Assembly: GCA_038245785.1 (NCBI GenBank) | Contig: JBBRSB010000011.1 | Coordinates: 58,189 to 122,188 of the forward strand | Source: Gloeobacterales cyanobacterium | Lineage (GTDB): Bacteria > Cyanobacteriota > Cyanobacteriia > Gloeobacterales > PMM-0068 | DNA length: 64,000 bases | Direction: 5' to 3' | In this document: piece after piece, positions 30,748 through 39,040 of the stretch | How positions within the stretch are numbered: position 1 is the stretch's first letter | Layout: each line of letters begins with the position of its first letter | Made by a program: the position numbers and the translations under genes | The notes under the pieces: generated by a model | Databases searched by the model: none | What the model was told of the DNA's origin: nothing | Seen by the model: the letters and a program-made list of their open reading frames with translations, nothing else

Positions 30748-31362
30748 ATGGGTTTCTATTCACAGTTTATATTTCCCCAATTGTTGGACTGGTCTATGTC
30801 CGGTGATGAGTTGGGACAGTATCGTCAAAAAATTCTGGCAGAGGTGCAAGGAGAAGTCTTGGAAATTGGCTTTGGCACAGGTTTAAATCTGCCGTACTAC
30901 CCTGAGCGTATTCAAAAAATTACGACTATCGATGTGAATCCGGGCGTACATGCGTTAGCTGAAAAACGTATCCAAAATTCTGCGATCGAGGTCGATAATA
31001 GGGTGCTGAATGGGGAACAGCTCCCGATGGCGGACAACACGTTTGATAGCGTGGTAAGCACCTGGACGCTGTGCAGTATTGCCGATGTAGATCAGGCCCT
31101 GAAAGAAATTTATCGAGTCTTAAAACCCGGCGGGCGCTTCTTCTTCATCGAACATGGGCTGAGTGAAGACCCCAGCGTCCGGGTCTGGCAACATCGCTTA
31201 ACCCCTATCCAGAAGGTGATTGGCGATGGTTGTCATCTTGACCGCGATATCCAAACCCTGATCAAGAAGCAGTTCCAGGCCATCAGCTTGGAGCAATTTG
31301 ATATGGAAAATATCTCTAGAACCTTTGGGCACATGTACATGGGCGTTGCTACCAAAACCTAG
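30748..31362 (+). CDS. Class I SAM-dependent methyltransferase
   Basis: VLEIGFGTG, FDSVVSTWTLCS, RVLKPGG. Confidence 0.9.
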   Translation: MGFYSQFIFPQLLDWSMSGDELGQYRQKILAEVQGEVLEIGFGTGLNLPYYPERIQKITTIDVNPGVHALAEKRIQNSAIEVDNRVLNGEQLPMADNTFDSVVSTWTLCSIADVDQALKEIYRVLKPGGRFFFIEHGLSEDPSVRVWQHRLTPIQKVIGDGCHLDRDIQTLIKKQFQAISLEQFDMENISRTFGHMYMGVATKT

Positions 31363-31406
31363 GCTTCCACTTTATTCCTGGGCTGGAGTGGCATAGGCTA
31401 GTAGCT

Positions 31407-31508
31407 ATGAATATTCTGAATGCTGTGCTTGCTGCTTTTGCCCTGCTAATTATGGGCAGTGGATTGTTCCTGCTCTTCAGTGGAGCGCGGGCCATGAATA
31501 AAAAGTAA
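31407..31508 (+). CDS. 33-aa single-helix membrane peptide, not in ORF track
   Basis: MNILNAVLAAFALLIMGSGLFLLFSGARAMNKK: clean TM helix with basic C-terminus, fills the intergenic gap. Confidence 0.55.
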   Translation: MNILNAVLAAFALLIMGSGLFLLFSGARAMNKK

Positions 31509-31529
31509 AGGCTTTTAGCACTGCCGCCC

Positions 31530-31907
31530 TCACAGAAGATCTGGTAGCAACAAGTGAGCGAAGCCTGTTATCGCAAAGCAGGCGATCATCGCCCAGCTTA
31601 CGCCCATCCAAAACTGCATCATGCAGAGGGCGAGGCGTTGGTCATCAGCATGAATCCACTCTTGATTCACGGATTCCCGCAAAAGCCAGCGGCTGGCGGT
31701 GCATAAGCCCAGAATAATCAAAGCAGCCCAGATTAATAAGCCAGAATTTGGCAGGTAGAAGCTTTCCCAAGCACTCAGCGACCAAGAGGTGCCATTGTAG
31801 TTCCGCCCTAGGCGCAGCAGCAGCAGGCCCGTCGCAACCGCTGCTCCGAGACAAAATAAAACCGTACTGGCGATATTGATACGTTTTTCAATGGACGGGA
31901 CGGTCAT
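31530..31907 (-). CDS. Hypothetical membrane protein (3 TM)
   Basis: 125-aa ORF with three hydrophobic segments. Confidence 0.6.
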   Translation of the reverse strand: MTVPSIEKRINIASTVLFCLGAAVATGLLLLRLGRNYNGTSWSLSAWESFYLPNSGLLIWAALIILGLCTASRWLLRESVNQEWIHADDQRLALCMMQFWMGVSWAMIACFAITGFAHLLLPDLL

Positions 31908-31987
31908 ATTTGGGGTAGCGAAAGCAACACTTCAGCATATTCTCACCCAATTAGCCCGGATGATCGATGCTGGATAGAGGTAATCGG

Positions 31988-32779
31988 CTAAGGCAAATAG
32001 GGCCTTGGATCTATGGGTTTGCCAGCGACATGGAGCTCGAAGTGGAGATGGGGGCCTGTGCAATGTCCGGTACATCCCATCAGCATGATCGGTGCGCCCT
32101 GATTAACAGGCTGTCCCACGCGCACCAAAATCTTCTCAGCGTGGGCATAGCGGCTGATGCTCCCGTCCTGATGGCGAATATCAATGCCATTGCCATAGCC
32201 ATGTCCGACTGCATTCATCCCTGCTGCAATCACAATGCCGCTTTTAACCGCTAGTACAGGAGTGCCGATCGGTGCTGCAATATCGATGCCTGCATGTAAT
32301 TTGCCCCAGCGCATCCCATAGGAAGAGGTGAGACGGCCAGTGGAAGGCATGATGAATCGGCTGTCAGTATTCGATGGGCTTGCCCCTGACATACTAGCGA
32401 TTGTTTGCTTATTGGTTATACTGCCAGTTTGTTGTGGCTGAACTTGTGACGGGGAAGATGCTTCATTTGCTTCTGGTTGACGCTCAATATTTTTATCTCG
32501 GCCCAGATTTCCTATGGCTGCTGCAACGTTCCGGTCTTGTATCGTGGAATATTGGCGGTCTTCGTGCAGAGAGATTACGGCTTCTAGGGTGGCAGGATTT
32601 ACAGATGAGGTAGGATTTGGAAGAAAAGTAGAGAGATATAAAGTAAGTGGCACTAAACCAGTGATAAAAACAGCAAGAGGGATAAATAACTTGAATTTTG
32701 GCCTCGGCTTTTTGGGGATAGCCACAATTTGGGTTTCGGAAGTGCCCTTGCGTGTTTCTAAGAGGTTCGGTGAGGTCAT
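31988..32779 (-). CDS. M23-family metallopeptidase with N-terminal anchor
   Basis: HAGIDIA, YAH, TGPHLHFE; one TM segment; start probably ATG 32779 (track 32902). Confidence 0.9.
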   Translation of the reverse strand: MTSPNLLETRKGTSETQIVAIPKKPRPKFKLFIPLAVFITGLVPLTLYLSTFLPNPTSSVNPATLEAVISLHEDRQYSTIQDRNVAAAIGNLGRDKNIERQPEANEASSPSQVQPQQTGSITNKQTIASMSGASPSNTDSRFIMPSTGRLTSSYGMRWGKLHAGIDIAAPIGTPVLAVKSGIVIAAGMNAVGHGYGNGIDIRHQDGSISRYAHAEKILVRVGQPVNQGAPIMLMGCTGHCTGPHLHFELHVAGKPIDPRPYLP

Positions 32780-33007
32780 AGCGGAGAGAGGAGGGAGCTT
32801 AAAAAAACTTATAACAGTATGGGGATCATGGCAAGGATTCTCATTTATTACAATGAATGGCTTAGCTGTAAACTTCTCCCAAAAGGGTGAATTAGAGGAC
32901 AAAGTGGCATCGGTGCTGTCGCAGCCCTCCTAAAAAGCTACGCATGGACAAGAAATCCCTGGTCGTTGGCTTACGTTAAAATGACAGCATCCGGCTAACT
33001 GAGTGGC

Positions 33008-33793
33008 ATGACGCAATCTCCACCTGACTCCCTGCAAGAGGATGACCCCTCCCAATTGCCCGCAGAGGATCCTGATCCAACAGAGGACTTTCCCTTCGAA
33101 GTGGAAATGTCTTTATTTGATCACCTCGATGAACTACGCAAACGACTCATCGTCGCTATAGCCGCTATCACGGTCACGACCGTAGGCTCTTTTTTCTTTA
33201 TCAACCAAATCGTTTCTTTCTTGCAGGTCCCAGCGGGCAAAGTTAAATTTATTCAAACCGCTCCTGGTGAATATTTCTTTGTTTCTTTCAAGGCCGCAGC
33301 CTATGTCGGTATTTTGATTGCTGCTCCCGTAATTCTCTACCAAATAGTCCAGTTTATTTTGCCTGCTTTAACCCGGAGAGAACGGCGATTTGTCTTGCCT
33401 GTGGTGGTTGCCTCCAGCATCTTATTCGCGCTGGGATTAGCTTTTGCCTACTACGCTATGATTCCTGCGGCTATGAACTTTTTTGTGAGCTATGGAGCTG
33501 GGGTTGTAGAACAGAACTGGACTATTGATAAGTACTTTGACCTGATCTTTGTCATCCTCTTAAGCACCGGATTGGTCTTTGAAGTGCCTGTCCTCCAAGT
33601 TCTACTGGGCGTTACAGGATTAGTTTCTTCCCGCCAAATGTTCGAAAACTGGCGCTATATCATCTTGGCGGCGGTAATTTTAGGTGCAGTCATTACTCCT
33701 TCCACAGACCCACTCACGCAGATGCTTTTGGCAGGTGCGGTGAGCGGACTGTACTTTGGAGGCGCTGCTGCGGTGAAGCTCTTAGGACGTTAG
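33008..33793 (+). CDS. tatC: Twin-arginine translocase subunit TatC
   Basis: MSLFDHLDELRKRL, APGEYFF, FILPALT, FEVP, ITPSTDP. Confidence 0.97.
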   Translation: MTQSPPDSLQEDDPSQLPAEDPDPTEDFPFEVEMSLFDHLDELRKRLIVAIAAITVTTVGSFFFINQIVSFLQVPAGKVKFIQTAPGEYFFVSFKAAAYVGILIAAPVILYQIVQFILPALTRRERRFVLPVVVASSILFALGLAFAYYAMIPAAMNFFVSYGAGVVEQNWTIDKYFDLIFVILLSTGLVFEVPVLQVLLGVTGLVSSRQMFENWRYIILAAVILGAVITPSTDPLTQMLLAGAVSGLYFGGAAAVKLLGR

Positions 33794-35301
33794 CTGTCTA
33801 ACTTAGCTTTGAGCAATTCATTAATCAGTTCGGGAGCTGCCCGTCCTTTAGTTTTTGCCATCGCCTGACCGACAAAGAAGCCAAAGATCTTGGTTTTACC
33901 GGAGCGGTATTGTTCTACCTGTGTAGGATTCGCCTCAATAATTTCTTGAACTAAGGCTTCTAGCTGTCCTTGATCAGAAATTTGAGTCAGTCCTTTAGCT
34001 TCTACCAATGTCTTAGGAGAACCGCCTTTTTCTAACAGTTCAGGCAAGATATCTTTGGCAATCTTGGAGCTGATCGTTCCACCTGCAATGAGCTTAGTCA
34101 GTTCAGCTAGGGATTCAGGGGTGAGGGGCAGGTTGGTGACGGTTTGGTTGGAGTCGTTGAGAAACTTGGCGATGTCGCTCATGATCCAGTTGGCAGCAGC
34201 TTTTGGTTCTGCGCCTGCGGCCAGAGCCGCTTCATAGTACTTGGCGGTCTCCTGCTCTTCGGTCAGATAGTTGGCATCGTAGGGAGAGAGGCCCAGGTCT
34301 TCGCGGTAATGCCTCCGCTTGGCATGAGGTAATTCAGGGAGCTGTGCCCGGTAGGTTTCCAGTAAGTCAGCGCTCACTTTGATCGGCACTAGATCGGGTT
34401 CAGGGAAATAGCGGTAGTCATCAGACCCTTCTTTCAGTCGCATCGAAGTAGTCTTCTGCAGATTTTCATCCCAGAGACGCGTCTCTTGACGGATCATGTC
34501 ATCGGTGTCTGTGGGGTCTAGTTCACTGGGGTCACTGCTCAAAACGTGGACCTGACGGACAAATTCATAATCAATCGCTCGTTGAATCGCATTGAACGAA
34601 CTCATGTTTTTGATTTCGGTTTTCGTGCCAAAAGCCTCACGACCGATGGGACGAATGGAAATATTCACATCACAGCGCATCGAACCTTCTTGCATGTTTC
34701 CGTCGCATACACCCAGATAGCGCAGCACTTTGCGCAGTTCTTGCACATAGGTAGCCGCTTCGTAGGCGGTGCGGATATCCGGCTCGGAGACGATTTCGAG
34801 TAAGGCCATGCCGGAGCGGTTGTAGTCCACGAGAGAGTAGGGAGAATTGGAAAGTCGGTCGCCACTGCCATGCACGAGCTTGCCAGCATCCTCTTCCATG
34901 TGAATACGGGTAATCCCAATCCGCTTCATATCGACGCCATTCTCCAGCGGAATCTCAATCCAGCCATGTTCACAGATCGGCAAATCGTATTGGGAAACTT
35001 GATAGTTCTTGGGTAGATCCGGATAGAAATACTGTTTACGGTCAAATTTGCTCAGACCCTTAGGCGCAATCTGACAGTTCAGCGCCAGTCCCGCTTTCAG
35101 CGCATATTCTAAGACGCGCTTGTTGAGCACGGGCAAAACACCTGGCTGCCCGGTACAGACAGGACAAATATTCGTATTCGGTGGCGCTGCAAACTGAGTG
35201 GAGCAGCCACAGAAGATCTTAGTCTTGGTACTGAGTTGGGCATGAACCTCAAGACCAATCACCATCTCATAGGCCGTCTTCGTTGGGGATGCAACCGTCA
35301 T
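33790..35301 (-). CDS. gatB: Asp/Glu-tRNA amidotransferase subunit B
   Basis: IGLEVHAQL, FDRKQYFYPDLPKNYQ, HMEEDAGK, RCDVNIS, DYRYFPEPDL. Confidence 0.98.
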   Translation of the reverse strand: MTVASPTKTAYEMVIGLEVHAQLSTKTKIFCGCSTQFAAPPNTNICPVCTGQPGVLPVLNKRVLEYALKAGLALNCQIAPKGLSKFDRKQYFYPDLPKNYQVSQYDLPICEHGWIEIPLENGVDMKRIGITRIHMEEDAGKLVHGSGDRLSNSPYSLVDYNRSGMALLEIVSEPDIRTAYEAATYVQELRKVLRYLGVCDGNMQEGSMRCDVNISIRPIGREAFGTKTEIKNMSSFNAIQRAIDYEFVRQVHVLSSDPSELDPTDTDDMIRQETRLWDENLQKTTSMRLKEGSDDYRYFPEPDLVPIKVSADLLETYRAQLPELPHAKRRHYREDLGLSPYDANYLTEEQETAKYYEAALAAGAEPKAAANWIMSDIAKFLNDSNQTVTNLPLTPESLAELTKLIAGGTISSKIAKDILPELLEKGGSPKTLVEAKGLTQISDQGQLEALVQEIIEANPTQVEQYRSGKTKIFGFFVGQAMAKTKGRAAPELINELLKAKLDS

Positions 35302-35377
35302 CGCGGATTCCTTGGAGTATCTCTACTCAATCTTAAACGGTATGGTGCTGGCTCTGTCCTAGCTGGCTTGTGCCAAA

Positions 35378-35428
35378 GAGCGAACGGTGAGAATTTTATC
35401 AGCGCGTAAGGCTTCTACAGCAGAGAGT
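35378..35428 (+). pseudogene. BrnT-type toxin C-terminal remnant
   Basis: Reads ERTVRILSARKASTAES, matching the IRIISARKA(T/S)xxE terminal motif; in-frame TAG just upstream, no intact ORF. Confidence 0.5.
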
Positions 35429-35598
35429 GGAACCGCTACCACTGCGATTGATTCACCGACGGCGTTAAATACTTTTAAATTACTATGTTCTTGCATTAAC
35501 TTCGCAATTTTGCTAAGATTCTAGCAGTGCAAGAGTGCGGTGTGCAAACAAAATTGACACCTCAACTAAGCTGCGAATACCTATATTTAGGGGACCTA

Positions 35599-35898
35599 GT
35601 GCATGTTATTTCTAAGAAACGATTGCAGAAATTTTGGACAAAGCATTCTGATGCTGAGCCCAGTCTAAGTGAATGGTATAAACGTATAAATTCTAAAGAG
35701 TTTAAAAATTTTGTTGAGTTGCGAAAGGACTTCCCTGCAGCAGATCAGGTTGGAAAGCTCACCGTATTTAACATTGGAAAGAAATATAGACTTATTACTT
35801 TCGTGGACTATGAGTACCAAAAGGTTTTCATTCGTGATGTGCTAACACATGCAGAATATGACAAAGAAAAGTGGAAACGTGACCTCTGGAATATCTGA
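35599..35898 (+). CDS. higB: HigB-family toxin
   Basis: GTG start (M)HVISKKRL..FW..H, VFNIG.KYRLI, FIRDVLTHAEYDK. Confidence 0.9.
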   Translation: MHVISKKRLQKFWTKHSDAEPSLSEWYKRINSKEFKNFVELRKDFPAADQVGKLTVFNIGKKYRLITFVDYEYQKVFIRDVLTHAEYDKEKWKRDLWNI

Positions 35899-36292
35899 AC
35901 CTCCTTCTTACGTGGACTTGCTGATAGCTTTTCCTCCACGCACGATTAAGTCGGAGGAAGAACTTGATGTGATACAAGAAGTTATTGACGGGCTGATTGA
36001 TAAAGGGGACTTGACCTCAGATGAACGAGATTATCTCAATCTTCTAGGAACCTTGGTTTATGAGTATGAAGAAGAGCATTATCCTATTCCTGATATTCAT
36101 GGAGTAGAGCTGCTCAAAGTCTTGCTCATTGAACGGGATCTTCGCCAAAAAGACTTGATACCTGTGTTTAAGACAGAATCCGTTGTGTCCTCTGTTTTAA
36201 GTGGTCAACGAAAGCTCACAGCTAATCACATTCAAAAGCTTGGTGAATTCTTTCACATCTCTCCAGCCGTATTTTTTCCAGCTGTTAAATAG
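35849..36292 (+). CDS. higA: HigA-family HTH antitoxin
   Basis: PRTIKSEEE, LGTLVYEYEEEH, LRQKDL..VF..ESVVSSVLSGQRKLT; overlaps higB (alternative GTG start 35879). Confidence 0.9.
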   Translation: MQNMTKKSGNVTSGISEPPSYVDLLIAFPPRTIKSEEELDVIQEVIDGLIDKGDLTSDERDYLNLLGTLVYEYEEEHYPIPDIHGVELLKVLLIERDLRQKDLIPVFKTESVVSSVLSGQRKLTANHIQKLGEFFHISPAVFFPAVK

Positions 36293-36304
36293 GATTGGGT
36301 CGAA

Positions 36305-36374
36305 GCCCCCTAAATCCCCCAATTCTGGGGGACTTTGAGGTCAGAACCCCCCAAAGTTGGGGGGCAGGGGGGCT
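36305..36374. repeat. Cyanobacterial-type short palindromic intergenic repeat
   Basis: CCCCCTAAATCCCCCAATTCTGGGGGACTT...CCCCCCAAAGTTGGGGGGCAGGGGGG, two hairpins between convergent genes. Confidence 0.7.
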
Positions 36375-37206
36375 ATGTGCGCCCTAGATACTCCCCGTCA
36401 TAAATCTTTTGATAGCCTGGACTCTGAAACCAGCGGTCGATTTCCTTGGCTCGCAAGACAGGAACTGGATGGGTGCGCTCTATCGTTTGGGCCAGGCGTA
36501 TTGCTTTGCCTAAGGGGTCTTTGGAGGATTCTTCGTAGTGACGAGCCTGGTCAATAAAACTATCTAAATCCAGTTCATCGACCAGGGAGGGTGAGCCGCC
36601 AGAAAGTTTCATCAATAAAGACATGACTATCCGTGGGTCTTGAGCCACGAGCAGGGCTGCGCGGTCACAGGTGAACTCGGCACAACGCACCCATTCCAAT
36701 AGCTGCAGCCTCAGGGGACGTTCTAAGACCATCCCAATTCGCGGGAGTTGACCAGCAGCCAGGATCAACAGATTGGCAATCGTTAAATAGACGCTGTGCT
36801 CACATTTCAGATGGCCCAATTCATGAGCAATTACGGCCTGGCTTTCTTCATCTGTTAAAAGTTCTAAAAGAGAAGTATGAATAACAACAAATGATTGTCG
36901 ATTGTTGACAGCAAAAGTGTAGGCATTGGGCACCGGGTTTTGGCGCACATAGAGCTGGGGAACTTCAATATCCAATACGGAACAGGCTTCTTTGTGCAGC
37001 GTATGGAGTTTAGAGAGCTGTTTGGGACCGACCTGAATGGCGGAAGAAAGATTATCTAGATGAAAAAATTGCGAGGCTACAGGAAACAAAGTTGTACGTA
37101 GCAGGAAATCTAATCCAGGGATCTGCTGGAGGCTTTGAGTCGCCTGTTTGTCCAGAGGATGACGAAAGTTTTCTGCTGTGAGGCTGGTGAAAGTGCGCTT
37201 ACCCAT
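36373..37206 (-). CDS. M48-family zinc metallopeptidase
   Basis: FRHPLD, PNAYT, AHELGH, EFTCDRA, THPVPVLR. Confidence 0.92.
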   Translation of the reverse strand: MGKRTFTSLTAENFRHPLDKQATQSLQQIPGLDFLLRTTLFPVASQFFHLDNLSSAIQVGPKQLSKLHTLHKEACSVLDIEVPQLYVRQNPVPNAYTFAVNNRQSFVVIHTSLLELLTDEESQAVIAHELGHLKCEHSVYLTIANLLILAAGQLPRIGMVLERPLRLQLLEWVRCAEFTCDRAALLVAQDPRIVMSLLMKLSGGSPSLVDELDLDSFIDQARHYEESSKDPLGKAIRLAQTIERTHPVPVLRAKEIDRWFQSPGYQKIYDGEYLGRT

Positions 37207-37280
37207 GATGCTCTGAATTTTGGTCTCTCTCCAGCATGGCATAATCTTTTGGAACTGGGCCTGCGCTTTTCGGTTTGGCT

Positions 37281-37445
37281 CTACCCTTTCAAACCAATTA
37301 GCGTTAGTAGCCCTTTGCTGTATACGATTTCAAGGATGATGAGCGCAGCAAACCCAATCATGGCCAAGCGCCCGTTAAGTTTCTCGGCATAGGGGACAAA
37401 TCCGACCTTGCCCTCTTCAATATCCCTGCGGCGGGAGGTAGCCAT
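37281..37445 (-). CDS. hli: High-light-inducible protein (HLIP), 54 aa, not in ORF track
   Basis: [54 protein letters not shown] with ExxNGRxAMxG chlorophyll-binding motif. Confidence 0.93.
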   Translation of the reverse strand: MATSRRRDIEEGKVGFVPYAEKLNGRLAMIGFAALIILEIVYSKGLLTLIGLKG

Positions 37446-37462
37446 GATAAATCCTAGAATTC

Positions 37463-37480
37463 TTTATATATCTTTACACT
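37463..37480. promoter_or_regulatory. HLR1-like (RpaB) site at the hli promoter
   Basis: TTTATATA-TC-TTTACACT, one mismatch per half from (G/T)TTACA(T/A)(T/A)N2 repeat; overlaps a minus-strand TATAGT -10-like box. Confidence 0.55.
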
Positions 37481-37523
37481 ATAGCGAACGCTTTATTTGT
37501 AAATAAACGCAGAGACTCACAAC

Positions 37524-38105
37524 ATGCATGGCCCACAAACCTCTGAAGGGATCAAAATCCTAAAATCTGAGTTGCGGCAGAGGCTGCTGGCTGAACGCTT
37601 AGCTCTTTCTCCAGAAAGTGTAAAAGCAGAAGAATTGGCCATTTATAAATTCTTGAGTCAGTGGTCTACTTTCCAAGACGCCCGCTCGGTCCTATCGTTT
37701 CTAGCCTTCCGCAATGAGCCGGACCTGACGGCTTTGATGAACTCTTACCCAGACAAACAATGGGCTATTCCCCGCTGTGTTGGCCAAGAACTGACTTGGC
37801 ACAGCTATCCAGCGCCGCTCACAAAAAATAAATATGGCATTCCTGAACCTGAGGGCGACAGTCCTCTTTTTGACCCTGCTACGGCAGACCTCTGCTTAGT
37901 GCCTTTGCTGGCTTGGGATAGCAGGGGCTACCGCTTGGGCTATGGCGGTGGTTTTTATGACCGTTTTTTGGCAGTCTATCCTCTGGAAACCTTAGGTATC
38001 GCCCATCGCGCTTTTGGTATGGAACGGTTGCCCTACGATCCTGCGTGGGATATTCCCCTCAAGGCGGTGTGTACAGGGGAGGGGGTACATATTTTCGGAA
38101 CGTAA
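37524..38105 (+). CDS. 5-formyltetrahydrofolate cyclo-ligase
   Basis: KSELRQ, YGIPEP, LVPLLAWDSRGYRLGYGGGFYDRFL. Confidence 0.93.
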   Translation: MHGPQTSEGIKILKSELRQRLLAERLALSPESVKAEELAIYKFLSQWSTFQDARSVLSFLAFRNEPDLTALMNSYPDKQWAIPRCVGQELTWHSYPAPLTKNKYGIPEPEGDSPLFDPATADLCLVPLLAWDSRGYRLGYGGGFYDRFLAVYPLETLGIAHRAFGMERLPYDPAWDIPLKAVCTGEGVHIFGT

Positions 38106-38146
38106 TGTTGGTCTATCATCAAAGGATAACGGTAGTGCTTGCCAAG

Positions 38147-38332
38147 ATGATGGAACCTAAATATCCTGATGTGCTGGTTTGGACTCCAGAAGCTGAAGCC
38201 AAACTGCTCAACATTCCCTTTTTTGTCCGCACCCAGGCGCGGAAACAGATTGAGGCATTGGCTCGCAGCGAAGAGCTGGAAGAGATTACCCCAGAAATCG
38301 TCGAGCAGGCCCGTTCGGCCTATGGGCAATAA
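38147..38332 (+). CDS. PCP_red (ChlB C-terminal-like) small protein
   Basis: LVWTPEAEAKLLNIPFFVRTQARKQIE..A...ITPEIVEQAR. Confidence 0.85.
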   Translation: MMEPKYPDVLVWTPEAEAKLLNIPFFVRTQARKQIEALARSEELEEITPEIVEQARSAYGQ

Positions 38333-38395
38333 AAAGCGCAGATAAAGTAGAGACATGGGGCAAGATAGAAGAGGGAACGTTGTTCGAGGAGCCCT

Positions 38396-39040
38396 ATGAG
38401 TTTGTCTTCCTCCCTGGCCGTGCAGGAGTTGCCGATTTTTCCACTGCCTGAGGTAGTCCTTTTCCCTGGGCGACCCTTACCCTTGCATATTTTTGAGCCA
38501 CGCTACCGCATGATGATCAATACGGTTTTAGACCGAGATCGGCGCTTTGGGGTATTGCTTTGGGATGCTCAAACCAACCAACCCTCGCGCGTGGGCGCTT
38601 GTGCAGAAATCATGGAAGTGGAGCGTCTAGATGACGACCGAATCAATATTTTGACGGTCGGACAGCAGCGTTTCCAAGTTTTGGATTACGTCCGCATTAA
38701 GCCTTACCGGGTAGGTTTGATTGAATGGATCGATGATGAGCCACCTACGGAAGATTTAGACCAAGTGGTGAGCGAAGCCAAGCAACTGCTCAAGGATGTG
38801 GTGCGTTTGTCTGCCAAACTGATGGACCGTTCGATTGACCTCCCCACTTTGCCCAATAATCCGCGAGAGCTTTCTCACTGGATTGGGGGCAGTTTCTATG
38901 GAGCCAGCGATGAGCAACAAGCGCTCTTAGAAATGCGGGATACGAAGAAAAGGCTGGAACGGGAAATTGAAATTCTGCAGACAACTCTGAAGCATCTGGC
39001 TGCTCGTACCGTTCTTAAGGATACTTTGTCAGAAGATTGA
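38396..39040 (+). CDS. LON peptidase substrate-binding domain protein
   Basis: LPIFPLPEVVLFPGRPLPLHIFEPRYRMM. Confidence 0.92.
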   Translation: MSLSSSLAVQELPIFPLPEVVLFPGRPLPLHIFEPRYRMMINTVLDRDRRFGVLLWDAQTNQPSRVGACAEIMEVERLDDDRINILTVGQQRFQVLDYVRIKPYRVGLIEWIDDEPPTEDLDQVVSEAKQLLKDVVRLSAKLMDRSIDLPTLPNNPRELSHWIGGSFYGASDEQQALLEMRDTKKRLEREIEILQTTLKHLAARTVLKDTLSED

